Shown in pieces: positions 25,188-37,479 of a stretch of DNA of 64,000 nucleotides. Location: NCBI RefSeq assembly GCF_006345805.1, contig NC_043001.1:90334001-90398000 (forward strand). The letters run 5' to 3'. The notes under the pieces are model-generated. The model was not told the origin of the DNA, ran no database searches, and was given only the letters and a program-made list of their open reading frames with translations. Source of the stretch: Octopus sinensis. Its lineage: Eukaryota. Both the position numbers and the translations under genes were made by a program. Every line of letters begins with the position of its first letter. Position 1 is the first letter of the stretch.

Positions 25188-25500
25188 TGGAGGCGCAATG
25201 GCCTAGTGGTTAGGGCAGCGGTCTCGCGGTCGTAGGATCGCAGTTTCGATTCCCAGACCGGGCGTTGTGAGTGTTTATAGAGCGAAAATACCTAAAGCTC
25301 CATGCGGTTCCGGCAGGGGGTGGTGGCGATCCCTGCTGTACTCTTTCGCCACAACTTTCTCTCACTTTTTCTTCTGTTGGCCTGCTCGCTTAGCCAGCGG
25401 GGTGGCGTCATTTGAAGGTTAAAACAATGCAAATTGCATTGTGACCAGCGATGTGTAGCAACATCTGATAGCCTTGTTGGTCACAGTGGTCATGGTGATA
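25188..25500 (+). mobile_element. SINE family D head with tail type 2
   Basis: The tail GGCCTGCTCGCTTAGCCAGCGGGGTGGCGTCATT...CACAGTG also occurs alone at ~32610-32715. Confidence 0.85.
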
Positions 25501-26679
25501 TGGAATGATACTGTGATGTCACTCTGAGCTATTACAAGCATCTTAATAGCCCATAACACCCTTAGAAAAGACATAAAATACACAAATTCCATTCCTCACA
25601 GACTAGAGTCAAGATGGCTAATAACGTGTTGATGGCTACCTCTGATTAAGAAACGTTCTCAGTTTATGTGAAAAATAAAGCAGTATGCCATAATAATTTG
25701 ACCTCACTAAAGTTAATGTCAATAGTAACTATTTGTTACTAGTAAATATTTGTGTAAAAACAGACTAGTTGTTCGCAATGTGCAGTGTCATAAATTGCAA
25801 TAAACAAACATGGTCAGATTGGTTCTTCGTTTCGTTTGTAATAAACAAACAAGGTCAGAATCGAAATCATTGAAAGAGAAAATAAACATGTTATATCACC
25901 TTTGTACTTCTTCCAAAATGATTGAAACGACCGACTAAATAACATTTTAGATTATATTATATTATCATCAAACGCTTTAGTCTAATTCAAACACCCGTCG
26001 ATCAGTCCAGCAGCAGACAAAACATTTTGATAAGAAATAAATATTTAACTTTATTCATTTACTATCCTTGGTAACAGAGTAACTTCATAACATTCCATTA
26101 CATTTATAAGTATTCCTTCTAAGAAATAAATTTTATTATAAAATAAAACATAAAAATATACTCACGTTTTTTTCCTTACTGAATTATAGGATCATCTTCC
26201 TAGGCATATCCCATAACATCCCACACACAATCAAAACTCAGAGCCCTATATCGTTCTCGTGGGTCAGCCACGGTTGCACTACGACAATTTAATCAGTGTT
26301 CAGAAAGCTTGGAAAAATCGCTCACCACCACCAAAAAAACTGGACAACTTTTACCCATTACTACAATTACTGTTAGGCTGTCAGCCATACCACGAAGGAT
26401 GCCTTGGTGTATCACATCGCTCAAAAATATCTCACCTTCCAATCTACAACCAACCCTTTAAGTCCTTTGTAAAATAATTTCCATATCAACTTTGTGGGGT
26501 TCTTACATTCATTTCTCAATCACGAGAATCCTGTAAATAGTACTCTGCGAAGAATGCTTTTTGCATCTTGTGATACTGTTGTGGTGAAATCCCGATGTCC
26601 CTGTGGGATAGTAACTGAACTGTCCTAAACCTTATAAGGGCGCATGCGTACTGACAGTGCAAGGTACAGTGTGATGTGT

Positions 26680-28471
26680 TAATCCTTGTGATTCTGTTTA
26701 AAATCCTAGTGATTCCGTAAAAGTAAGTGGTTTTATTGTATATAGTTGAAGGTCTCTCCTCGTGGGTGTACTTGCGATTATTGATTGTCGAAATTACTGT
26801 TACTGTTGTTTGCATACGAACTTGTTAAATTGTGATAGTTTTCTTCCAATCTATAGGAGATATGGAACAAGTATCAGCAAAAAGCCATTGTTATGCTGCA
26901 GTAACTGGCAGAGGAGTGAACTCTGACGCGCTGGAGGTTCGTGAGGTGAAGGTGAAACCGAAGAAGAGTGTGAGAAATTGTTGAAAAGAGAAGGTAATAC
27001 TTTGAAATTAACACCACCAGAAGATCTAATGAATAATGTGACAAAAAGAACTGTTATATATAAATCACTGAAGGTGTCATCGAGAAAAATTGAAATTGCA
27101 ACCATTGAAGCTATCGAAGAGTGTTTAAAGAGATGAAGAAGTTCACCACTTTTATCACAAAAGGAAGAAAGTACGGCACAGTGGAAATGCGATTCGCAAA
27201 TTAAGAAGAAGCAGTAAAGCACTCCACTGTGGCCATAAAGACGGAAGAATGGGTACTTTTGCCAACGTACTGTGGCAATCGCGTTGCCAGGGTAAGAATT
27301 GGAAAGGTACCCTCCAGAAATAAAAGAAACATGGTTGGTAGCGGCGATAATATTTAACATGGAGGAAGGTGCAAAAATACTTAAAGTGACAAAAACCAAA
27401 AGGTTAAACTGGTTGGGTTTAAAAGATATACAAGCGAGTTTAAAAGACTTAAACGCAATTGCAGAAGAGTTTGAGTTAAGATAGAATGTGAGGCTGAGGG
27501 TGGTGGTGGAGGGCAGGCCTCCTATATGCTACCAATATGGGGGAAAAAGGCCACATGAAGACAAGGTGCCCCTAGAGAGAGGTAAAACAACGGAGAGAAC
27601 AGTCTGAATAACATGAGGAAGAAGTTGAAGTGGTACAAGAGGGTGTGAAGGAGACGGTAGTTACAGAAGAGGCGTCCACAGTGGTAAATAAGCGAAAAAG
27701 AAAAGAACGAGTAGGCTCTCCGCCGAAGAGACAGAAAAAGAGAAAGAGTATGAGAAGGAGGTTGAGAAAGAGGTGACAGAAGCGAGTGTACTAGGTGCAC
27801 TAGCGGTGGATGAAGAGGAGGGGTTGGGTAGTATAGAGAGACAACAGCAAGAAAATGAATCATCGACATTAACCAAAATAGAGGAATATACAGACAGTGT
27901 GGAGACGCCAAAAGTGGTGCAAGGAAAAAACAAACAGGAAAGAAAACCGCAGAAACACAAATGGCATTTGGTGACATACACCAAGAGCACGGAGATAGAA
28001 AAAAAGAGAACAAAGTTCAAATCCATAATTAGAGTTAAGTTGCCAAATTATTATGAAGACGTAAAAGCAATTATTATAGATAAACAATGGTACTATAAGT
28101 TGAAGGAGATATTTAAAGACAGGATTTATCCACTCGGAGTCGAAGTTGAGTTTGATGAGCTGCCTCCCGTGGTGGATTATACAGAGTTGGAAAAATATGT
28201 AAACAATGATTAAAAAAAAGGAATACGTAAAATTTCATTAAAAAACGATGCGAATGAAAAAGCAAAAAGGAAAGATTAGAAACTGACTGTAAAAACGTTC
28301 AAATGGTACTGCTTGAGAGTGGGGTTCATGCAGCCATTTCATCTTCACTTATTATTATATAACATTTTGCTCATTTCATTTGTTCTGTGTTTTTTTGTTC
28401 CCACTGTGGTGTTCTGTCTGTCCTTGTGCTGTCCTCTCTATGTAATAGCCTGAGTGCTTGAATAAAGAATT
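26680..28471 (+). mobile_element. ORF1-only non-LTR retrotransposon (Tx1/L1-like gag), 17-bp TSD
   Basis: TSD GGTACAGTGTG(A/G)TGTGT at 26663-26679 and 28472-28488. AATAAA lies just before the 3' junction. No ORF2 sequence is present. Confidence 0.75.
26862..28213 (+). pseudogene. Disrupted LINE ORF1 (RRM-like region plus CCHC zinc knuckle)
   Basis: MEQVSAKSHCYAAV..., RVARVRIGKVPPEI, VVVEGRPPIC-YQ(C)GEKGHMKTRCP after a 1-nt frameshift at 27527-27572. Stops and frameshifts throughout. Confidence 0.7.
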
Positions 28472-28633
28472 GGTACAGTGTGGTGTGTGCAGTCGCATTT
28501 GTGAAGGCAGTCGTAGAAATCGTTGAGGAGAGATATGTTTGTTTTGTGTTTGTTACTGATTTAGTTTTTGCAGTGTTAGTGTAGTCTATACCCAAACTCA
28601 AGGATATAATAAATACAAGCACAATATTTGAAG

Positions 28634-29270
28634 AAAGATTTCTTTTGCAAAATGTATGCAATGGAGCATATTATTACTCCACCATAACATCCGAGATCGA
28701 ATGAACTGGCAGAACGCTTTGCAGACACGTTTAAGAGGGCGCTGAAAAGATTTAGGAATGAGCTACTAGCTGATACTGCATTGACGCAATTCTTAAGTGT
28801 CTACCGAATAACACCTAACCCCAACACCACTTCAGGTATGTCGCCGGCTGAACTAATGTTCGCCAGGAAAGTCAAGTCAGTGTTTGACAAATTCCTGCCG
28901 GGAAGAAAAGAATAACTGGAGAGAAACACTGAAAATATTATAAAATACTTCAAAATCGGTGACAATGTTTCTTTTAAAATACTGAAATGGAAAGGAAAGT
29001 TGGGAAGAAGGTATAATAAGTAAACGTTTAGGAAATGTAATGTTTAGGAAATATAAAAAGTCATATGTGGGAACACAAAAGATATTTAAACCAACTGAAA
29101 AATCGGTTTACGGAAGAAAGAATATGACATGAAGAACCAATGGAATTTCTTTATGACGTTTTTGACGTCCCTGTAATTCAAAGAATAGTCGAATCAACGA
29201 GATTATCGGCTAGGAAAAGGAAACAAACAGAACTTTTGCAAGTAGAGCCAAAACGAAAGGTATAATCCAA
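28634..29270 (+). pseudogene. Gypsy integrase C-terminal half
   Basis: MEHIITPP*HPRSNELAERFADTFKRAL...YRITPNP...SPAELMFARKVKSVFD, then EEGIISKRLGNVM...HKRYLNQLKNRF. Confidence 0.88.
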
Positions 29271-31014
29271 TTTCTTTCCGGGCACTTAAGTGTAAAAGAA
29301 AGGTGGGAGAGGTGGTAATAAATATATAATAAATAAAAGAAGAATATTGACTTCCAAGGAAAGTCAAGCTTAAAAAGGAAAATATGTTGTGGTGAAATCC
29401 TGACACCCCTGTGGAATAGCAAGTAAACCTTATAAAGGCGCATACGTACTGACAGTGCGAGGTACAATGTGATGTGTGCAGTCGCATTTGTGAAGGCAGT
29501 TGTAGAAATCGTTGAGAAGAGATATAAGTTTGTTGCATGTTTGTTACTGATTTAGTTTTTGTAGCTATAACAGTGTTACAGTGTAGTCTATACCCAAACT
29601 CAAGGATATAATAGATACAATCGCAATATTTGAAGAAAGATTTCTTGAAATTAAAAATTATTAATTATATTTAAAAAAGTGGAACGTTCGTAGTGTGTAG
29701 GCGCTTTCACAATTTAGTTTTTCAAACACGTATTATGGAGTAATCCGTTTAGAGGAAATAGGTTCTATGTCTGGTTTTTGTTTCGGAACTAGAATTCTTA
29801 TAAAGTATTCTTTTGCCTTTCTTTACACATTATCACATTTAGTAATATTTTCATATTCAGTAATATTATTATATTCAGTAATATTGGATTAAAACAGAAA
29901 GAAAACAAGGATAAGGGCACATATGAACATCAGGTAGAATTGAAACTGACCTATCCTTATATAGTCTTATGCGCTGATGTGTCTTCGATTCTAATACAGC
30001 AATTGCATTTTCTTCTATTTATATCCTATCTGCATAATGTCCACATTTATGTCCGCTCTGCTGGAAGATATTCTTTGAAATATCCTTGCCTAATAAATTA
30101 ATTACTTTGAGGAATACATTTTCAACTCATCGACGTGTTGATGAGTTATAAATTTGGTTTTACACTATCATAAGATAGTGAATGGCACCTCTAGTGGGTG
30201 TAGCATCTACTTGAAAACCCACTGCGCAAAATCTTCAAATGGCTACATTCATGTTGACAGAGTGTCATTGAAGTGGATAGATGAGTGGATTACTGTGAAA
30301 AGTCGCTGGACCATAAACTACTTCAGTCGTTAGCAAAAATAAGAGAATGGCAATGAGATTCTACAGACGATGTTGCATTATATTAGACAGCGAATTCTCA
30401 GAAACGTTAGAGTAGAGAACAAAGTGCCTTGGTTTATATAAAACTGACTGACTTATTTACCTAAAACTGCCTGTTTGTCAAGTCCCACCTCCCCAGCATT
30501 CAAGAACAAGTCCATAGACGTGCTATTACTTCAGTCTGTTTCGATCAAAATGCCTTGCGGTATTTAAAAACCATCCGACTTTTTGTCAAATCCCTCTTCA
30601 TTAACAAATAATAGCCATGCCTTGTAGTATTTGATGACTATCCGACCTTTTATGAAATACCCACTCATTAACATACTATAGTCACTATTCTGTAAACGTA
30701 ATGTTGCCCTCTCTCTCCCTTCCTCCAATCTATGAAGCTACCCACGACAGTTACCCAAGCTTACTAAATTCATCCTACTTATATCGTCCTTATTATGTTA
30801 CCTTAAATACTGCTCATAATATTGAACATTTGACCTTAATTTCTGCTGTTGTTGCTGTTACACTCAGGTTAGCTATGATCGGGGCAAACCTTTAATCAAA
30901 AGCCTTCGGCCATTCTTTCGCGGCACAGTTTGTCCAGGAATAATGTTCAATGTGTTCCGCCTCTCTTTTCAAAGCTGTAACATGTGATCTGAGGTAAATT
31001 TGGTTGTTATTATT

Positions 31015-31240
31015 TGTAGGTTGGCGAGCTGGCAGAATCGTTAGCGAATTGGACAAAATGCTTAGCGGCATTTTGTCCATCTTCACAACGTGGGTTCAAA
31101 TTCCGCGAGGTCCACCTTGCCTTTCATTCATTTGAGATCAATGAAACAAGTACCAGTTGAGCACTAAGGTCGAGGTAATCGACTAACAGCCTCTCGCCAA
31201 ATTCCAGGCTCCTTGAGCCTATAGGAGAAAGGATTATTAG
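31015..31240 (+). mobile_element. SINE family B
   Basis: GGCGAGCTGGCAGAATCGTTAGC head plus the B core. Confidence 0.75.
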
Positions 31241-31290
31241 TAGATTGAAGGACAAGGTAGACTGTTGGATCCATTCTTTCCAACCCCACT

Positions 31291-31374
<84 letters not shown>

Positions 31375-32306
31375 GCCTTCAACCCTGAAAAACGAACGTT
31401 TTGATGTCTGCTGCAAAATGTCGTCTGCATCGATGACACGAGGCAGACCTCTCCTCTAAATAACTTGTTAAACAAACAAACAAGCAAACAAATAAATGAC
31501 AGAACCATTTTAACACGCTGTAATACGTAATGAGTTGAAGACGCGAGATATAACATGAAACTCATTGTCCTGGATGTACAAATAGATTGATAGAATTTCT
31601 GAATTTCTTTCATCAGTGTTTTGATATGAATCCCAATATTCATTTTTATACAATTGAACGATAAAAGTGTTTGAATCAACTGCAGATCGTTCGATGTCGA
31701 ACACCCAGTAACCTAATTCTTGAGTTCCCGTTTTACGTAGGAACAGCTTGTTATATGATGCGTAAAATTTAATATTTTGCACATAGACAGAACTAGCTAC
31801 AGGCAAGCTGTTAAGTGTCAAGTTCGTTGTTATTTATATCTCTCGACACTGTAAACCTAGATATAGAAATTGAGGAATGATATATGGTAAGGGAGACTCG
31901 AATTGTAATAACTGTGGTTTTTACTATTCTAACAGTTAAAGTTAACGGTGCTGTTCATCGATTTAGTGATATTTTCACCATTTGTAAAGGTGCTTCTTTC
32001 TCTCAGCAGTTGGTTAGTTCAGGTTATGAAAGTTTTATTATCATTAGCGCCCATTCGCTTCCGAGTTGTTGTATGTTCGGATATAAAGTAAACTAAATAA
32101 ATAAAAACTGCTACAATTGTTTCAGAAGTTCAAATCCTACGGTTTTGAGATTAAACCGCATTAAAACTGAATTCATTTTTCTTTTTTCCTGCTCTAAAAG
32201 AAATCAAAATAGACAGTACTTGATGCTTCACGTATATACATATAAATATGCATACAAACATATGCATATGTGTACGTACATATGTATACATACATACATA
32301 TATATA

Positions 32307-32342
<36 letters not shown>

Positions 32343-32729
32343 TGTATGTATGTATGTATATCAAAAAGCTCAAAGGACCTTCCCAAGCTATATGCTAATA
32401 AAGCTGGTTTCTTGGTTTCACTCCCTCGACGGGACACAAGTTCGTCGGTCGCAGGTTATCCATTTTTACTGAATGAATTGCTCAAAAGGCAACGCATTGC
32501 CTGCTCCACAAGGGAATTGAAACCACAATCTTTCAATCATGAGTGCAACACACTAAACCACGCACTTCCACCCCATACATCAATTATATATGTGTGTATA
32601 TATATATATGGCCTGCTCGCTTAGCCAGCGGGGTGGCGTCATTCGAAGGCTAAAACAATGCGAACGCATTGTGACTAGCGATGTGTATCAACATCTGATG
32701 GTCTGGTCGGTCACGTGGTGGTGGTGGTT

Positions 32730-32760
<31 letters not shown>

Positions 32761-32766
32761 ATATAT

Positions 32767-32856
<90 letters not shown>

Positions 32857-32857
32857 C

Positions 32858-32890
<33 letters not shown>

Positions 32891-34016
32891 CTGGGTCATC
32901 TTATAAATAATGCGCTTCATTTTATACCTTTATTTTTCAAAATTACGATAAACAAATTTCTATTTTAATCTAAAACATACTCTCCTTTATTTTCTACAAT
33001 GCTCTCCCACCTATTACTTGTCCGTGACGAAAAATACTCCTCCACTACTGTTCTGATCTCGTCTACAGAATTCTTATTTTGAAGACTGCGAAATAAATGA
33101 TAATTAGATAGGAATTTCCGGCGAATATGGTGGGGGCATCGTTTTCCATTCAAACTGCTCCAGCCTTTGGAATGTCATCCTCACTGCATGTGACCGAGCA
33201 TTATCCTGATGGAAGAATACCTTTCGTCTTGAAACCAAAGATAATCGTTTTTCTTCTAGCACTGACTCCTTTATTATGACTTGGTTTGAGTTTAAAAGTT
33301 CAAAATGGACGCAACCTTTCATATCCCATCAAACAGATAACAACACCTTACGTGGGTGAAGAAGCTTGGGGTGCCGGTGTTTCTACTTTTCCCACTCAAT
33401 GTCTTCGGCTCCTTTTTAGAGAACCCATTTCTTGTGACCAGTCACTATTCTGGTTCATTCGTAAGACGTGCCAGCATAGAATAGCACACATTCACTCTGA
33501 TTAGACTCGGAAAGTTTGTTGGGAATTCATCGACCCAATTTGCTGTCTTTTCCGACCAAATCCAAGCTTCCCTGTTAGTTCCTAAATAATTACAATGGAA
33601 TTTTGTTCCACCAGAGTTTGTAGGACGTCCTAGTCGCGCTCTACAGATCTTCGAGGACGAGGCGCGTCTTTTAGGCTGTAGTTTCCGGCTCGGAATTTCA
33701 GGAATCACCGTTGATACTGGCTTACACTTATTGTCCAATCCTCATATACTGCATTAATATTCCTCGCACTTTCCATTGCATTGTGCATTTATTGAACTCA
33801 TAAAGCAAAATATAACGAATATGCACACTTGTATTATAGCTTTGAAAAAATAACTGCTAAAATCGAACTGCACTCTTCAAAATTTGCTTTAAGAACAAAT
33901 ACAGGGTAAAGTTACTATCTGCTTTTATAGCAAGTTGATGCAGGTATTTTATGCCGTTCCCCTCCGACTTTTAGTTCATACAATTGAAAAAACCGCATTA
34001 TTTATGGGATGATCCA

Positions 34017-34017
<1 letters not shown>
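32891..34017 (-). mobile_element. Mariner DNA transposon (dead, near full length)
   Basis: TIRs CTGGGTCATCTTATAAATAATGCG and TTGGATCATCCCATAAATAATGCG, TA flanks. Transposase remnants RIVTGHKKW, FFHQDNARSH, PPPYSP, NYHLFRSLQN and RWESIVENKGEYVLD. Confidence 0.92.
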
Positions 34018-34055
<38 letters not shown>

Positions 34056-34068
34056 CATACACACATAC

Positions 34069-34099
<31 letters not shown>

Positions 34100-34113
34100 C
34101 ATACATACATACA

Positions 34114-34145
<32 letters not shown>

Positions 34146-34769
34146 CGTGTGCTTACGTGCGCGCGCGCTTGTGTGTCTGATTAGTTTCATGTTCTTATAT
34201 TAATGCAGTTTATGGGGATCGGAGAATAAGTCTAAGCCAGTGTCAACGGTGATTCCAGAAATTCCGAGCCGGAAACAACATGTTCAAAATTAAGGAATGA
34301 GGGATAAAATTTTAATTTGAATTTCACGATGTCATCAAATGCTAAGCTCAAATTGGCCAATGAGAAAGAAAGAGGGAAAGAGAGAGACCAATGATTAAAA
34401 TACATTCCAGTCGTAACAATCCCATAAGTATAGCATTAACTAGTGTGCTACTTTTAAGGCAATAAAGTACTGTCGGAAGGATATTTTACTGCCCTGATGT
34501 GAATGCCATCGACATTCATGTTATTTTTGAAATTTTATTAGGAAAGCAAAGACAAAATGGGAATATTCACCGTGAGGGCGTTTTTGCTTTTGTTTTTTTT
34601 CCCCAGAAAAACGCTCCAAATAACCGAAGGATCATAAACATCACTGAAGACGACAATAGCGAAATAACTTATTACAGAAAAACAACGTGAATAGCATCTT
34701 AATTTTTTCAAAGCACATCCTCAGTCAATCAAATTTATATAAATTCTTTTCTACTCTGGGCCCGAAATT

Positions 34770-34930
34770 CTAGGGGAGAGGACCAGTCGATTAGATCGAC
34801 TACAGTAGGCAACTGGTACTTAATTTATCAACCCCGAAAGGATGAAAGGCAAAGTCGACTTCGGCGGAATTTGAACGTAAAGACAGACGAAATACTAAAT
34901 CAGAACGTAAAGACAGACGAAATATTAAAT
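34770..34930 (-). mobile_element. SINE family B with internal 30-bp tandem duplication
   Basis: B core; GAACGTAAAGACAGACGAAATA(C/T)TAAAT occurs twice. Confidence 0.75.
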
Positions 34931-35644
34931 TTGTTTAAATTAGATAAGCCATATGTGCACAACAACAGACATACCCGCTTATCTCCATATCTCCAAGTTT
35001 TCCCGCCACCCTTTTCCCACTCCATACTTTGTAGTCGTCATATACTACTTTTAGCATGGGGTTTGTTTGTCCAGGAATAACCATTTTTTCGCATTACAAG
35101 ATCATGTACTAAACTTTTTTATTTTATGTCTACTATTTTAAACTTGTAATGACAATATGGAGAATATATTTAAGGTGATCATTTGACAGCGAAGATTCAA
35201 CTGATTTCTTGATTATTTAAACTAGAACATGGGACTGAGAATAAGACTATGTTGACTGTTTGACAGCAGGACTGGTTTAACTGTTTTACACGAAGACTGG
35301 ATATTTGACGGCGGGACTGGGCGGGTTATTTGACAACAATATTTGGTTGACTATTTGATATTAAGATTGTGTTCAATATTTGACTGCAAGACGACATTCA
35401 ATATTCGACTGGGACCGGACTTTTTCTTTTTCTCATTCTTCCTCTTTGTTTGTTTCTCTGACTTTCTTCTGGATGAAATCGGCCGCGGTCAGATCTGGGG
35501 TGGGATTGGGTCCGCTAAATTTAAAAAACTAAGACACACCGTATGTCATATATGTGTGTTCGTGTGTGAGTATGTTTGTATGTGTGTACACATATTACAC
35601 ATATATACTATACATACATACATACAATACATACATACATACAC

Positions 35645-35708
<64 letters not shown>

Positions 35709-35723
35709 ACACACACACACACA

Positions 35724-35788
<65 letters not shown>

Positions 35789-35932
35789 GCATACGTACAC
35801 TCGCGCGTGTGCCTGTGTAGTCGAAAGTTCACTTCGCATCCACATGATTCTCTGTTCAATCTCACAGGATGAGAATTAGGCAGGCCTCCTCGATTACAGT
35901 GTCGCTTTGACCTTTATTATCTAGTTAACAAA

Positions 35933-36715
35933 GGTGGCGAGCTGGCAGAAACGTTAGCACGCCGGGCGAAGTGCTTAACGGTATTTCATCTGCCGCTACG
36001 TTCTGAGTTCAAATTCCGCCGAGGTCGACTTTACCTTTCATTCTTTCGGGGTCGATTAAATAAGTACCAGTTACACACTGGGGGTCGATATAATCGACTT
36101 AATCCGTTTGGTTGTCCTCATTTGTCCTCTCTGTGTTTAGCCCGTTGTGGGTAGTAAAGAAATAGGTATTTCATCTGCCGTTACGTTCTGAGTTCAAATT
36201 CTGCCGAGGTCGACTTTGCCTTTCATCCTTTCGGGGTCGATAAATTAAGTACCAGTTACGCACTGAGGTCGATATAATCGACTTAATCCGTTTGTCTGTC
36301 ACTGTTTGACCTCTCTGTGTTTAGCCCCTTGTGGGTTGTAAAGAAATAAGTATTTCGCTTGCCGCTACGTTCAAATTCCGCCGAGGTCGACTTTACTTTT
36401 CATCCTTTCAGGGTCGATAAATTAAGTACCAGTTGCGTACTGGGGTCGATGTAATCGACTGGATCCCTTTGTCTGTCTTTTTTTGTCCCCTCTATGTTTA
36501 GCCCTTGTAGGTAATAAAGAAAGAAGAAACATTAGCACGCCGGGCAAAATGCTTAGCTGTATTTCGTCTGACTTTATTCTCTGAGTTCAAATTCTGCTGA
36601 GGTCGACTTTGCCTTTAATGCTTCGGGGTCGATAAATTAAGTACCAGTTGCGTACTGGGTTCATTCTAATCGACCGGCCCACTCTCCAATAATTTCGGGT
36701 TTGTGTCTAGAGTAG
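35933..36715 (+). mobile_element. Head-to-tail array of four SINE family B units
   Basis: Units start at ~35933, 36165, 36349 and ~36526. Units 2 and 3 begin at the same internal point after AAAGAAATA. Confidence 0.9.
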
Positions 36716-37097
36716 TACGGATTATTATTTAGTAAACAGAAATTCTCAGATACAAACTGCACGGGCGCGTTGTCTATGGTCAGCCGTAGTACTGGGTCTC
36801 CGTCGTTCGACGATGAAGATTTAGTTGTTCAATCAACTGAATCACCTGCTCTTGAATCAACATATAAGTGGCCAAGTATTCCACAAACACAAGGCCACAC
36901 CTTCTGAAATAAAGTACAGCCCATCTAACAGGCTTGTATACAGTTACCCTCACAAGATCAAGGTATGAGTTGACCCGAAAGGGTAGAAAATGTAGGGTCG
37001 CAGTAGGGTCGAAATCAGAATTTCGTGTTTGCGAAGTAACTACTTTCTTCGCCAGCAAATATATATATATGTGTGTATATGTCTGTGTAAATATATA

Positions 37098-37137
<40 letters not shown>

Positions 37138-37169
37138 TTTATTTTAAGCAGCAGAAAATTCAACAAAAT

Positions 37170-37207
37170 CTGTTACTCTGAGTTTCTCGTTGCCGTTCAT
37201 CAGACAG
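37170..37207 (-). ncRNA. Minimal type-I hammerhead ribozyme, intact core
   Basis: ctgt CTGATGA a-cg-gcaa-cg-a GAAA ctc-a-gag TA acag. Stem I extends by 4 A-U pairs past an A-A mismatch. It sits in a ~135-bp insert between (TA)n tracts. Confidence 0.75.
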
Positions 37208-37354
37208 TTTTTTGAGTTTTGAGTACTCTTTTTTCCACCTTGTTTCACATTTATGTGTTTACTCCGGTATATATATATATATATATATGTGTGTGTATTT
37301 GTGTGTGTGTTTGTGTGTGCGTGTATAAAATATCACACACACACACACACATAG

Positions 37355-37390
<36 letters not shown>

Positions 37391-37479
37391 GGGGTGAGGA
37401 GAGAGAGAGGTATAAGATATTTAAATATTTCAAGAGATTGCTAGCTAGTTAACTCTTTCACGTTAACAGCTCTTTCTAC

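Larger units (their letters stand above)
26577..29646 (+). mobile_element. Ty3/Gypsy LTR retrotransposon, internally deleted, 5' LTR interrupted
   Basis: LTR start TGTTGTGGTGAAATCC at 26577 and 29385. Purine-rich PPT precedes 29385. The 5' LTR is in two parts (26577-26679 and 28472-28644); the 3' LTR is 29385-29646. Confidence 0.8.

Noticed and set aside
25188-25262. tRNA-like sequence (also at 7100-7176, 54646 and 58000)
   Set aside because: These are SINE heads: no complete cloverleaf or acceptor stem, and they continue into SINE bodies.
26200-26520. Possible ancient LINE RT on minus (GILRG..DSL, NDIGL)
   Set aside because: Too degraded to assign without a profile search.
31579-31623. CTGATGA...GAAA...TC hammerhead-like words on minus
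   Set aside because: Stems I, II and III all pair poorly; compatible with chance.
31510-31821. 103-aa minus-strand ORF with natural-looking composition
   Set aside because: No recognisable domain, an in-frame stop just upstream, and no convincing splice sites. A few such ORFs are expected by chance.
34637-34680. CTGAAGA cgacaatagc GAAA taa-c-tta TT
   Set aside because: Stem I and stem II do not pair.
35933-36715. CRISPR-like periodicity
   Set aside because: The units are ~185-bp SINE copies without unique spacers; eukaryotic context and no cas genes.
36811-36843. CGATGA followed by a 10-bp hairpin
   Set aside because: No GAAA or stem III follows, so it is not a hammerhead.
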